Below, one piece after another: positions 48,633-57,518 of a stretch of 64,000 nt of DNA (positions are counted from its first letter, which is position 1; each line of letters opens with the position of its first letter). The stretch spans positions 4,627 through 68,626 of IMG/VR virus record IMGVR_UViG_3300042261_000976. One strand, written 5' to 3'. The translations under genes were made by a program, and so were the position numbers. Below the pieces are notes generated by a model that had not been told where the DNA came from, searched no databases, and worked only from the letters and a program-made list of their open reading frames with translations. The DNA comes from a virus.

Positions 48633-49319
48633 TTACATCATAAGCGTCTTCATTATAAAAAAACTATCTATGATGTCATCCCATGGCTTAGGAACATTTT
48701 TCAATTTTAAGAGATCACATTTATATTTTTCTAAAACTTTGGATAATTTATCTTCACCATTTAATTCTATTAGAGCTTTCATCATATCCTTTTTGTCAAA
48801 ATCTCCGCCAGCGACTCCTTCTTTATTTTTATTTATTTTTTTGTTTTTGGCTTTTGGACTCAATTCGAATCCATAAACCAATTCTGCTGTTTTAGATTTA
48901 ACAGTCATAGGAGATATGATTATTAATTTATCCAATCTAGGGAGTTGTAAAATCTTCAATCTTAATAGAGTACTGAAGGTAACAATATCAATTATAGAAT
49001 TTGTATTTTTTAATCTATAATTATAACCTTCTATCGCTATGATAGTTTTCTCCTTTTTGTTAATATTTCCCTTTATTTTTTCATAAATTAAGTCTGTCAC
49101 ATGATCAAACTCTCTTAGTTTCATTATCTCACTTTCAGTATAATTGTCAATATCTTTATATGTATAATTTATAAATTCATAATCAATAGCCTCCATTGTC
49201 TTTTTAATCCAACCGGCATTTCTCTTTTGAACTGTAAAATTTAAAAATATAACTTCATCATCTCTGAAAATAGACATACCAGTCGAATCTATTGAAATAT
49301 CTATACCTATTAAGTTCAT
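48633..49319 (-). CDS. RuvC-like (poxvirus A22/phage type) Holliday junction resolvase
   Basis: MNLIGIDISIDSTGMS N-terminal RNase H-fold motif; acidic residues IAIEGY and ..D.. Confidence 0.5.
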   Translation of the reverse strand: MNLIGIDISIDSTGMSIFRDDEVIFLNFTVQKRNAGWIKKTMEAIDYEFINYTYKDIDNYTESEIMKLREFDHVTDLIYEKIKGNINKKEKTIIAIEGYNYRLKNTNSIIDIVTFSTLLRLKILQLPRLDKLIIISPMTVKSKTAELVYGFELSPKAKNKKINKNKEGVAGGDFDKKDMMKALIELNGEDKLSKVLEKYKCDLLKLKNVPKPWDDIIDSFFIMKTLMM

Positions 49320-49378
49320 TAACTTTAATTATTTTTTATCTTACTTTTTTTATATATAGATAAAAAGTGGATCGAATT

Positions 49379-52312
49379 ATGATTAAATTGTTAGTTATTG
49401 AAGATCACCCAAGTATGATTTCCGGTTTAGAATGTTTATTAAAAGGAGATGTGGAAGTGACATTTTCATCTAATGATATGGATAATGCCTTGAATTTCGA
49501 TCATACTAAATTCGATATAATATTATTAGATTTATTATTACCAGAGACAAACCCTATAAATAATGTTAAGAGATTAAAAGAAATTTATCCAAACCCCATT
49601 GTTATATTTACTTGTGAAGATTCTAATTTATGGAAGAAAAAGATGTTTGATATTGGTGTCATGGGTTATTTAATCAAAACATCTAATAAGGAAAAAATAG
49701 TAACTACTTTACATCAAGTTTTAAAAGAGTTTAAAAGAGATAAAGAATTGCAATATCCAAACTTGAAAATATGTAATCTAGATTTTTTTAATTTTTTAGA
49801 TGATATGTTTTTTGTTTTAGACTTAAAGGGAAACATTATAGAGTATAATACAAGTGTAACAAGAAAACTTAGATATTTAAAAGAAGATTTGATTGGTAAA
49901 AATATACAAAAATTTTTCAATAGTGATGTATCTTCTATTTTTACTGGTGAATATTCTAATAAAAGAATTCCAATTTTAAATTCAGATGGAAATAGTTTAT
50001 TCGTAGAAATACGAAGTTTAAAAATACACGCTAGATGTAGCTTAGAAGATTATTTATTAATAGTAGCGAAAGATATAGAAGCAGAGGAGAAATATAAAAA
50101 TATTTTTGATAATTCTACTCAAGGAATTTTTCAATCTACAATGGATGGGAAGTATATTACAGTAAATCCGGCTTTTGCTCAATTATGTGGATATGAAAGT
50201 CCTGAAGAATTATCTACTAGTGTTAAAAATATTTCAGATCAAATATACGCAAATAAAAGCGATAGAGATCAATTTCTAGATACATTATTAAAATATGGTA
50301 AAGTAAAAAATGCCGAAGGACAAATCAAAAGAAAAGACGGCGATAAAATATGGGTTTCTTGTAGTGCTAAATTAATAAAAAATAAAGACGGAACACCATT
50401 ATACATAGATGGTATAATAGATAATATCACAGATAAAAAAGATACAATAGAAAATTATATTTCTTTATTGAAAGCTATTCCGGATATGATGGTCAGAGTG
50501 AGAAAAGACGGTCTTATTATGGATATAAAACCAGGTGAAGGAACATATTCTGAATTAGGACAATCTACTCATTACATAGGTGGAAATATAGGGAATTTAC
50601 CGTTTGGTGATGTAATAACGACTAAATTTAAAAATATTATAAAAGAGGTTATTGAAAAAGAAGAACCTATTGAATTTTGTTATGCTATTTTTATTAAAGG
50701 AATTGAAAGGAATTATTATTCAAGAACTGTAAAGAATGGTGAAAGTGAAGTTATAGTAATAGTCAGAGAAATAACAGAAGAAATAAATATAAGAAATGAT
50801 TTAACATATTCCAGAGATTATTCTGAAAATATAATCAATACAGCAAATGCCATGATTATAGAATTAGATAATAGTGGCAATATAATCACTTTCAATAAGG
50901 CAGCTGAAGAGGTTACTGGATATAAAAAAGAAGAACTTTTTGGTAAAAATTGGTTCGAAACATTATGTCCCAAAGATAGATTCCCTCATGTGTGGGAAGA
51001 ATTCAATGGATTGATGAAACAAAAAATAGAGGCTAAAGACTTTGAAAATCCAATTCTTACAAAGAGCGGGGAAGAGAGATATATTGTTTGGAAAAACAAT
51101 GAAGTAAAATCTAATAATAAAGTCGTGGGTGTAATATCTTTCGGTCTTGATATAACAGAAATGAAAAAGACATCGGAGGAATTAAAAATAGCCAAGGAAA
51201 AAGCAGAGCAATCAGATAAAATGAAATTAGAATATCTTTCTAACATGAGTCACGATCTTCGTACCCCAATGAATGCTATTATAGGATTTACAGATTTATT
51301 AAGAGCTAATAATCTAACCAAAAACGAAAAACACGATTATATTAATACTATTATAAATAACGGTAAATATTTGATGGCTCTTATAGACGATATTATTGAC
51401 ATTTCTAAAATTGACGCTGGAAGTCTTAAAGTAGAAAATAGAGATTTTGAAATAAATAAACTCATGGAAGAACTTCGTCTTTCATATATAAAACAAATTA
51501 AAGATAAAAATATAGAAATTATAATAGATATAGATGTTAATAAAAATATTATAATACAATCTGATAAATATAGACTAAGACAAATTATGGCAAATCTTAT
51601 AGGAAACGCTATAAAATTTACAAACGATGGTTATGTCAAATTCGGATATAAAATACTGAATAATAGAATGTTAGAAATATATGTTGAAGATACAGGTCCA
51701 GGTATAGAGAAACAAAATCAGAAAATAATTTTTGAAAGATTTAAGCAATTAAATGATACCAATAAATATAAAGGAGCTGGACTTGGTTTGTCTATAAGTA
51801 AATCTTTGGTTGAACTATTAGGATTTAAAGAAATAAAATTAGTATCTGAATTTGGTAATGGTAGTAGATTTTATTTTAATGTGCCTTACGATGTGAAAAA
51901 TTTTACTTATATGTCTGATATTAAAGAAAGAAAACATAAGAAAATAAATTTTGCTGGAAAAAATATTCTTTTAGTAGAAGATAATAGAGATAGTAGAACA
52001 ATTATGAAATCTTATCTACAAGATACAAAAGCCAATGTTATAGAAATGAAAGATGGTATTGGTATATTAGATGTTATAAAAGAAAAAGAAATAGATTTAG
52101 TTTTATTGGATATTGGTCTTCCTGGAGGTAAAAATGGTTATGTAATATTAGAAGAAATAAAAAATTATGATAACAGATTACCAGTTATTATAGAATCAGC
52201 TTTAGCTATGCCGGATCAAAAAAATAAGGCATATGATTTAGGATGTGATGATTTTATATCCAAACCTTTCAATAGGGAAGATTTTCTAAACAAAATAGAT
52301 AACTTACTATAA
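49379..52312 (+). CDS. hybrid sensor histidine kinase: REC - 3x PAS - HisKA - HATPase_c - REC
   Basis: start at ATG 49379 (MIKLLVIEDH); ILLDLLLP Asp pocket; MSHDLRTPMNAI H-box; NLIGNAIKFT / DTGPGI / GAGLGLSISK N,G boxes; C-terminal ILLVEDN..LVLLDIGLPG receiver. Confidence 0.8.
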   Translation: MIKLLVIEDHPSMISGLECLLKGDVEVTFSSNDMDNALNFDHTKFDIILLDLLLPETNPINNVKRLKEIYPNPIVIFTCEDSNLWKKKMFDIGVMGYLIKTSNKEKIVTTLHQVLKEFKRDKELQYPNLKICNLDFFNFLDDMFFVLDLKGNIIEYNTSVTRKLRYLKEDLIGKNIQKFFNSDVSSIFTGEYSNKRIPILNSDGNSLFVEIRSLKIHARCSLEDYLLIVAKDIEAEEKYKNIFDNSTQGIFQSTMDGKYITVNPAFAQLCGYESPEELSTSVKNISDQIYANKSDRDQFLDTLLKYGKVKNAEGQIKRKDGDKIWVSCSAKLIKNKDGTPLYIDGIIDNITDKKDTIENYISLLKAIPDMMVRVRKDGLIMDIKPGEGTYSELGQSTHYIGGNIGNLPFGDVITTKFKNIIKEVIEKEEPIEFCYAIFIKGIERNYYSRTVKNGESEVIVIVREITEEINIRNDLTYSRDYSENIINTANAMIIELDNSGNIITFNKAAEEVTGYKKEELFGKNWFETLCPKDRFPHVWEEFNGLMKQKIEAKDFENPILTKSGEERYIVWKNNEVKSNNKVVGVISFGLDITEMKKTSEELKIAKEKAEQSDKMKLEYLSNMSHDLRTPMNAIIGFTDLLRANNLTKNEKHDYINTIINNGKYLMALIDDIIDISKIDAGSLKVENRDFEINKLMEELRLSYIKQIKDKNIEIIIDIDVNKNIIIQSDKYRLRQIMANLIGNAIKFTNDGYVKFGYKILNNRMLEIYVEDTGPGIEKQNQKIIFERFKQLNDTNKYKGAGLGLSISKSLVELLGFKEIKLVSEFGNGSRFYFNVPYDVKNFTYMSDIKERKHKKINFAGKNILLVEDNRDSRTIMKSYLQDTKANVIEMKDGIGILDVIKEKEIDLVLLDIGLPGGKNGYVILEEIKNYDNRLPVIIESALAMPDQKNKAYDLGCDDFISKPFNREDFLNKIDNLL

Positions 52313-52329
52313 ATATAAAAAATAAATAC

Positions 52330-52617
52330 TTGATTATGAATTATGCAGTAATGGAATTAAGAAGAAAGCAGATTAATGATTATATGTCTTCAATAGAATT
52401 GAACGAGAGTTCTATAAGTGTTAGTCAAATTAAAAGTGATTTGCAAAATATTCTAGGTGAAAAACCAGGAATAGAACTAAAATACAAATCCGACGCAGTA
52501 ATGATGGAAGGCAAAGAAAAGAAAAGAAAAAAAGGAATACTAGAATCTATTACTATTTTCTATACATACGAAGAATCTGATGGTCCTCATTTTGATAGGG
52601 TTTCTTATTTTATCTAA
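52330..52617 (+). CDS. hypothetical small protein
   Basis: track ORF; followed in the same frame by TAA, 4 codons, TAA, then 82 stop-free codons. Confidence 0.35.
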   Translation: MIMNYAVMELRRKQINDYMSSIELNESSISVSQIKSDLQNILGEKPGIELKYKSDAVMMEGKEKKRKKGILESITIFYTYEESDGPHFDRVSYFI

Positions 52618-53107
52618 AAAATAATAATTTAAATTGATACTAATAAAGATCATCAAGGACTTAAGAAAATAGAAAATCTGATTAAAAAATCACCAGTTGG
52701 TAATATAGAAGGAAGAGACGAATTTAAGGCAGAAAGACAAATTCTTGATGCTTTGAAACCTTATAGATATAAGGAAATAGGAGACAAACTTCTCAATAAA
52801 ATAAAAAATCATTTTTTAGAAAATGATAAATATACTGAATCAAATTACGAATTCCATCCTGATGATAATTCCAAATGAATCTTTTATAGAAGGAATTGGA
52901 AGTTTTAAAGAAACTAAAAAAATAGTAAGATTAAAAAAAGGTGGTCCCGCCGTCGTAAAAGAACTTAAAAAATTTTCTTTTCCGTTTCCTTTATTTTATT
53001 TTCTGTATTCTCTATACATCTTTAGAGATATCAAAATCTTCCTTCATCGTTAAATTGTCTAAATAATCGTAATCTTAGGTATTATCACTAAAAAATAATT
53101 TTTTAAT

Positions 53108-53166
53108 TTTAATATATAAAAATATAAATTTAATATATAAAAATATATAAAAATAAATTTAATCTT
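53108..53166 (+). promoter_or_regulatory. putative promoter region with 3 tandem copies of TTAATATATAAAAATAT
   Basis: direct repeats immediately upstream of ATG 53167. Confidence 0.3.
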
Positions 53167-53625
53167 ATGAATAACTTAATAAACTTTGAACAATATAACG
53201 AAGGTATAGTATCGTCATTAAATAAGAGATTTAATAAAAATCAAAATGACGAAACCATAGAATCTTATCTAAAAGATATTAAAAGAAATTTTTATGATCA
53301 TAAATTGTTCTATGGTAATCAATGGAACAGCGATAAGTTAATTATAACACCTGGAAACGAACAGATTCTATGGTTTTCTTATATTCTTGATACAAATATG
53401 ATAAACTTTGGAAAGTTACATCAAAAGAAAAAAATCGATATTTCATTCGATAGAAGATTAAATAAGTATATGATATTCTTAGACGGTAGCGATATAACAA
53501 AAGGTACAAATCAATATGTAATTAAAGATGTTTTTGATTTCTTTTGGTCAAGATATTTTCCAAAAGAAAAATTACCAAAAGTATCCAGTAATCCTGCGAT
53601 TGAATGGAATACCCCACCTAGATAA
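53167..53625 (+). CDS. hypothetical protein MNNLINFEQYNEG
   Basis: track ORF. Confidence 0.45.
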   Translation: MNNLINFEQYNEGIVSSLNKRFNKNQNDETIESYLKDIKRNFYDHKLFYGNQWNSDKLIITPGNEQILWFSYILDTNMINFGKLHQKKKIDISFDRRLNKYMIFLDGSDITKGTNQYVIKDVFDFFWSRYFPKEKLPKVSSNPAIEWNTPPR

Positions 53626-53740
53626 GATTATACGATATAGAAGTTTCGCATTATCATTATATAGATATGAAATTTTTTGTAACATAGTGTTCATATTTTC
53701 TTCTCGACAAATTTCCAGATTTCGTAAACATTTTGTTCAT

Positions 53741-54112
53741 TCATTTTCTTATTTCTTTATGAAAAGGATCGTGATATTTTTCTATCATTAATTTTCTTGT
53801 TTTCATTGAGGGATCTTTTTCGTAAATTGGAATATCTTCGTATTTTAATGGAACGCTTTCTTCAATTTGATCAGGATGACGATTCACATTAACATAAACA
53901 TTACTTATTGGATTTACAATCTGTTTATTGTTCATAATATATCTAAAGTCATAAAGACTATTGGTATGCCAATCAATGCATTCATCCGCTAATTTGTTTT
54001 GATATTTTGAAAGATCTTCAATTGGAATTTCTTCAGGACATATAGTACCACTGTGAGGTATGATCACAAGAACATCACTTAGTAATTCATATTTTTTAAA
54101 GTCCTTTATCAC
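53741..54112 (-). CDS. hypothetical protein MIKDFKKYELL
   Basis: track ORF. Confidence 0.4.
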   Translation of the reverse strand: MIKDFKKYELLSDVLVIIPHSGTICPEEIPIEDLSKYQNKLADECIDWHTNSLYDFRYIMNNKQIVNPISNVYVNVNRHPDQIEESVPLKYEDIPIYEKDPSMKTRKLMIEKYHDPFHKEIRK

Positions 54113-54356
54113 CTTTCTTTAGTTTTTTATTAATTTTATGTCTAACATAATGTTTTACATATTTGTATATTTCTCTTAGATGTGTGAGATCAACTCCGTA
54201 GTTGGTGAATAAATAACCAATCATGAAATCTACTATATGCTCTTCGTTAGCGTGTTTATGTATAGCATTTAAGTATTTTTTAGCTTCTTCAAAGGCTATA
54301 TCCATTTTAGATTTATTCAAGAGTCTCTCGTTTACAAATTGATCATATTTTTTCAT
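54096..54356 (-). CDS. hypothetical small protein MKKYDQFVNE
   Basis: track ORF. Confidence 0.4.
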   Translation of the reverse strand: MKKYDQFVNERLLNKSKMDIAFEEAKKYLNAIHKHANEEHIVDFMIGYLFTNYGVDLTHLREIYKYVKHYVRHKINKKLKKGDKGL

Positions 54357-54700
54357 AATTTTATAGTTATTTCATTATCTCCTATTATAATTGGGTATCT
54401 AGTATCCAGTGTATAATAATCATCTCTATCATTACCCATAACAATATATCCATCTTCATCTAAATATATATTATTTACAGTTTCACCAATTACTTTTTTA
54501 TATTTATAAGAAACATACATTGAACTTGAAATAAATAAAATGAAATTAAATTTTATGACTTTATTTAAAATCAACTCTTTTAATTTTTCTATTTTTTCAT
54601 CAATTTCCATTTCAGACAAATCATATTCAGTATTCCAATTCTCTTCACCGTATGGATCTATATCTATTGATTCTAATATGTATTCTTTGAATCTTTTCAT
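54353..54700 (-). CDS. hypothetical protein MKRFKEYILESIDIDPYGEENW..
   Basis: leader + motif at N-terminus. Confidence 0.45.
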   Translation of the reverse strand: MKRFKEYILESIDIDPYGEENWNTEYDLSEMEIDEKIEKLKELILNKVIKFNFILFISSSMYVSYKYKKVIGETVNNIYLDEDGYIVMGNDRDDYYTLDTRYPIIIGDNEITIKL

Positions 54701-55029
54701 AATGAATGTGTTAATTCCGGTCTATCATCTGTCCAACCGTTTTCCGTGCTAAATCCATTATTTTTTAATGTCAAATAACCACTAATCAATATATTATTCC
54801 TATCCGTTTCGTTTTGATCATATTGTAATACAATATTTTTAAGCATATTATTTTTCGTAAATGGTTTTTGAAATTCTGTACAACCAGATATTCTGATGTC
54901 TTTACTTTCATAGAGATCATAAGTTAATGCACAATAAGCATTTTCTTCATAAAAAATTGTACTTGTTTGTGAATAAAATTGCACTGTTGTAATTTTCAAA
55001 TAATTTCCTTGTTCGTTTACTAATGCCAT
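54697..55029 (-). CDS. hypothetical protein
   Basis: ATGA-coupled. Confidence 0.4.
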   Translation of the reverse strand: MALVNEQGNYLKITTVQFYSQTSTIFYEENAYCALTYDLYESKDIRISGCTEFQKPFTKNNMLKNIVLQYDQNETDRNNILISGYLTLKNNGFSTENGWTDDRPELTHSL

Positions 55030-55031
55030 TT

Positions 55032-55847
55032 TTATATTTTTATTTTTTTCTTAGTTTTTCTAGACGTATCGAAAACATAATATTCTATTGGTTCGTCTAA
55101 AGATTTTTCTCCGCTTAAAAATTCTATTACATCATCTACTGTTCTTTTTCTATCATCTGAGAATCCAACTTTCGCTGGAAGACCTAATTTTTTGCTTGAT
55201 TTTCTTATTTTATTTATGAATCTTTTTATCACCAAAGATTTTCCATATCCTACTAATTGACTTATTTTCATTTCTGGAACTTCAAAAGTTTTTTTGAAAT
55301 AACTACTCATAACTCCAACATAATCACATCTATCCAAATAATGTTCTATTATATTTTCTGGCTCCTCATCGAACAATTTATGAAAACGTTTGAGATTTTT
55401 TTGCATTTCTATTTTTTGTTCCTTTGAAAGATAATTCTCTATTATCCACTCCACGGCTTTTCTTATAGATTCTGGTTCGTGTCCTCTTGCAGTTATAATT
55501 AAAAATATTCTTCCATCAATCAATGAATAAATAAAGTCATCCCAAGATGGACCAAAGTCACCTAATCTTATAGCTTTTTTAGTATCTAATAGAAAAGCTT
55601 TTGGTCCTCTCGGTCCAAGATCCATTTGCTCTTCAAAAGTTTCATTGTAATTATTATTTCTCATTCTAGTCTTATTGGTAGCTATAACTTCATGAAATTC
55701 TGAAGCTGGAACATCAATAGGCACCCATTCGTCTCTTACTAATTTATCTAGATGAACTATTGAAGGCATATAGAGTAAATTGTCGTCCCAGTCGAAAATA
55801 CTATAAGATAATGTTTTAGGATTATATTCATTATATTTCTTTATCAT
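55032..55847 (-). CDS. HAD-superfamily phosphatase-like protein
   Basis: IFDWDDNLL (DxDx motif I), ITARG (motif II), later K and DD motifs. Confidence 0.4.
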   Translation of the reverse strand: MIKKYNEYNPKTLSYSIFDWDDNLLYMPSIVHLDKLVRDEWVPIDVPASEFHEVIATNKTRMRNNNYNETFEEQMDLGPRGPKAFLLDTKKAIRLGDFGPSWDDFIYSLIDGRIFLIITARGHEPESIRKAVEWIIENYLSKEQKIEMQKNLKRFHKLFDEEPENIIEHYLDRCDYVGVMSSYFKKTFEVPEMKISQLVGYGKSLVIKRFINKIRKSSKKLGLPAKVGFSDDRKRTVDDVIEFLSGEKSLDEPIEYYVFDTSRKTKKKIKI

Positions 55848-55949
55848 ATCACTATATATATTATTTTTTTAATCAAAAATAAAATAAGATATATTTTATT
55901 TGAATGGGACTTATCGTATTTTATATATAAATAAAAAAAAGATCATCAA

Positions 55950-56846
55950 ATGATACTTGATAAATTTGTAAAAATAAAGATTCATTCTACGAACTATAAG
56001 TGGTACATGGAAAAGGGATATGGCCCTTTTCATAAAAAGGACATTATAGATGTTGATATAAAAGATTTGATTAAAAGTAGTACTGTAAAGATAAATTCAA
56101 AATGTGATATTTGTGGAGAAAAAAAATACTTAAAATATTATATTTATGTTAAGAGTATTAAAAACAAGGGAATTTATACATGTTCTAAATGTAAGACATA
56201 TAAATCTGAAATAACAAACATGGAAAAATATGGATGTAAGTATGTATTACAATCTAAAGAAATTAAAGATAAATCTAAAAACACGTGTATAAAAAAATAT
56301 GGAGTGGATAATATATCTAAAGTATCTTTTATTAGAGATGACAGAAGAAATAATTTTAAAAATGATAATTTTAAAAATAAAAGTAAAGAAACTTGGATAA
56401 ATAAATATGGGTTTGATAATCCATCGAAATCTAATATTATTAAAAATAAAAAGATAGAGACCACATTAAAACATTATGGTGTCGAAAATCCTACACAATC
56501 GTATGAATTATTTGAAAAATCCCAAATAACAGGCAAAAGAATAAGAGTCCACGAACAAACTGGATTAAAATATAGAGGAACTTATGAAAAAGATTTCCTC
56601 GATTATTGTTTTAAAAACAATATAGAAGTGGAAAAGGGCCCAACTATAGTTTATTATTATAAAAATAAAAAAAGATATTACCATTCTGATTTTTTCATAT
56701 CAAATAAGAATTTAATATGTGAAATTAAATCTGATTATTATCTAAATAAATATAAAGATATTAATGAATCCAAAAAAGAATATACTATTAAGAATGGTTA
56801 TGATTTTATCTTCGTGATTAATAAAGATTATTCGAAAATCCTTTAA
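55950..56846 (+). CDS. putative nuclease: N-terminal zinc ribbon, KYG[VF]xN repeats, C-terminal PD-(D/E)xK-like motif (homing-endonuclease-like)
   Basis: CDICGEKK..CSKC; 4x K[YH]G[VFC].N repeats; HSDFFIS..LICEIKSDYY. Confidence 0.45.
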   Translation: MILDKFVKIKIHSTNYKWYMEKGYGPFHKKDIIDVDIKDLIKSSTVKINSKCDICGEKKYLKYYIYVKSIKNKGIYTCSKCKTYKSEITNMEKYGCKYVLQSKEIKDKSKNTCIKKYGVDNISKVSFIRDDRRNNFKNDNFKNKSKETWINKYGFDNPSKSNIIKNKKIETTLKHYGVENPTQSYELFEKSQITGKRIRVHEQTGLKYRGTYEKDFLDYCFKNNIEVEKGPTIVYYYKNKKRYYHSDFFISNKNLICEIKSDYYLNKYKDINESKKEYTIKNGYDFIFVINKDYSKIL

Positions 56847-57208
56847 TCATACCATCTAACTCCTTCATTTAATGCTACTCTAAATAAATCAGCAATTAAA
56901 CATTCTAGATGACAATTATATCTTGTTTTTGTTCCTCCTTCTGGTGTATTATAAAAATAATATCTTGCTTGATCTTCAAGTAAATCGAATATTTTTTTAT
57001 AAACTTCTCTGAACGTTTTTGTATATTCATCATTAGTATATTCATTCAATTTTTTGAATTTATATTCATTAAAAACTTTCAGAATAACTTGTTTTTCTTT
57101 TTCTTCATCTTCTGGACGTAGTTCTAAACCAAACTCATTTTTACTTCTTTCAATATTAGAGTTTATTATATCAAGCAAACTATTATATTTTTTATATTCC
57201 TTAATCAT
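56843..57208 (-). CDS. hypothetical protein MIKEYKKYNS
   Basis: track ORF. Confidence 0.4.
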   Translation of the reverse strand: MIKEYKKYNSLLDIINSNIERSKNEFGLELRPEDEEKEKQVILKVFNEYKFKKLNEYTNDEYTKTFREVYKKIFDLLEDQARYYFYNTPEGGTKTRYNCHLECLIADLFRVALNEGVRWYD

Positions 57209-57518
57209 AACTTATTTCAGTCCATTCTTCTTCGCCATATGGATCTATATCCATATGTTCTATATAATCTTTTTCTCTTATTTTCTCCATTTTTTTTAAG
57301 AAATCTGGGTCTGCTGGAATGAATCTACTCAAGAACCATCCTTCATCACCATCTACTGCACACATCGTATCAGTGCCATCGAACCAAACTCCAGTCAATG
57401 TATAGACTTTATCTTTGACCAGAGCTCCATTAGGTTTAACACAAATAACTTTATCCCCGGCACGAAGATTTAGAAGATTTCTATTTTCATTTATATATGT
57501 TAAATAATTTTTAATCAT
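57201..57518 (-). CDS. hypothetical protein MIKNYLTYINENR.. ending MDIDPYGEEEWTEISYD
   Basis: start moved to internal ATG 57518 (CTS-like leader, removes overlap); track start 57554. Confidence 0.4.
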   Translation of the reverse strand: MIKNYLTYINENRNLLNLRAGDKVICVKPNGALVKDKVYTLTGVWFDGTDTMCAVDGDEGWFLSRFIPADPDFLKKMEKIREKDYIEHMDIDPYGEEEWTEISYD

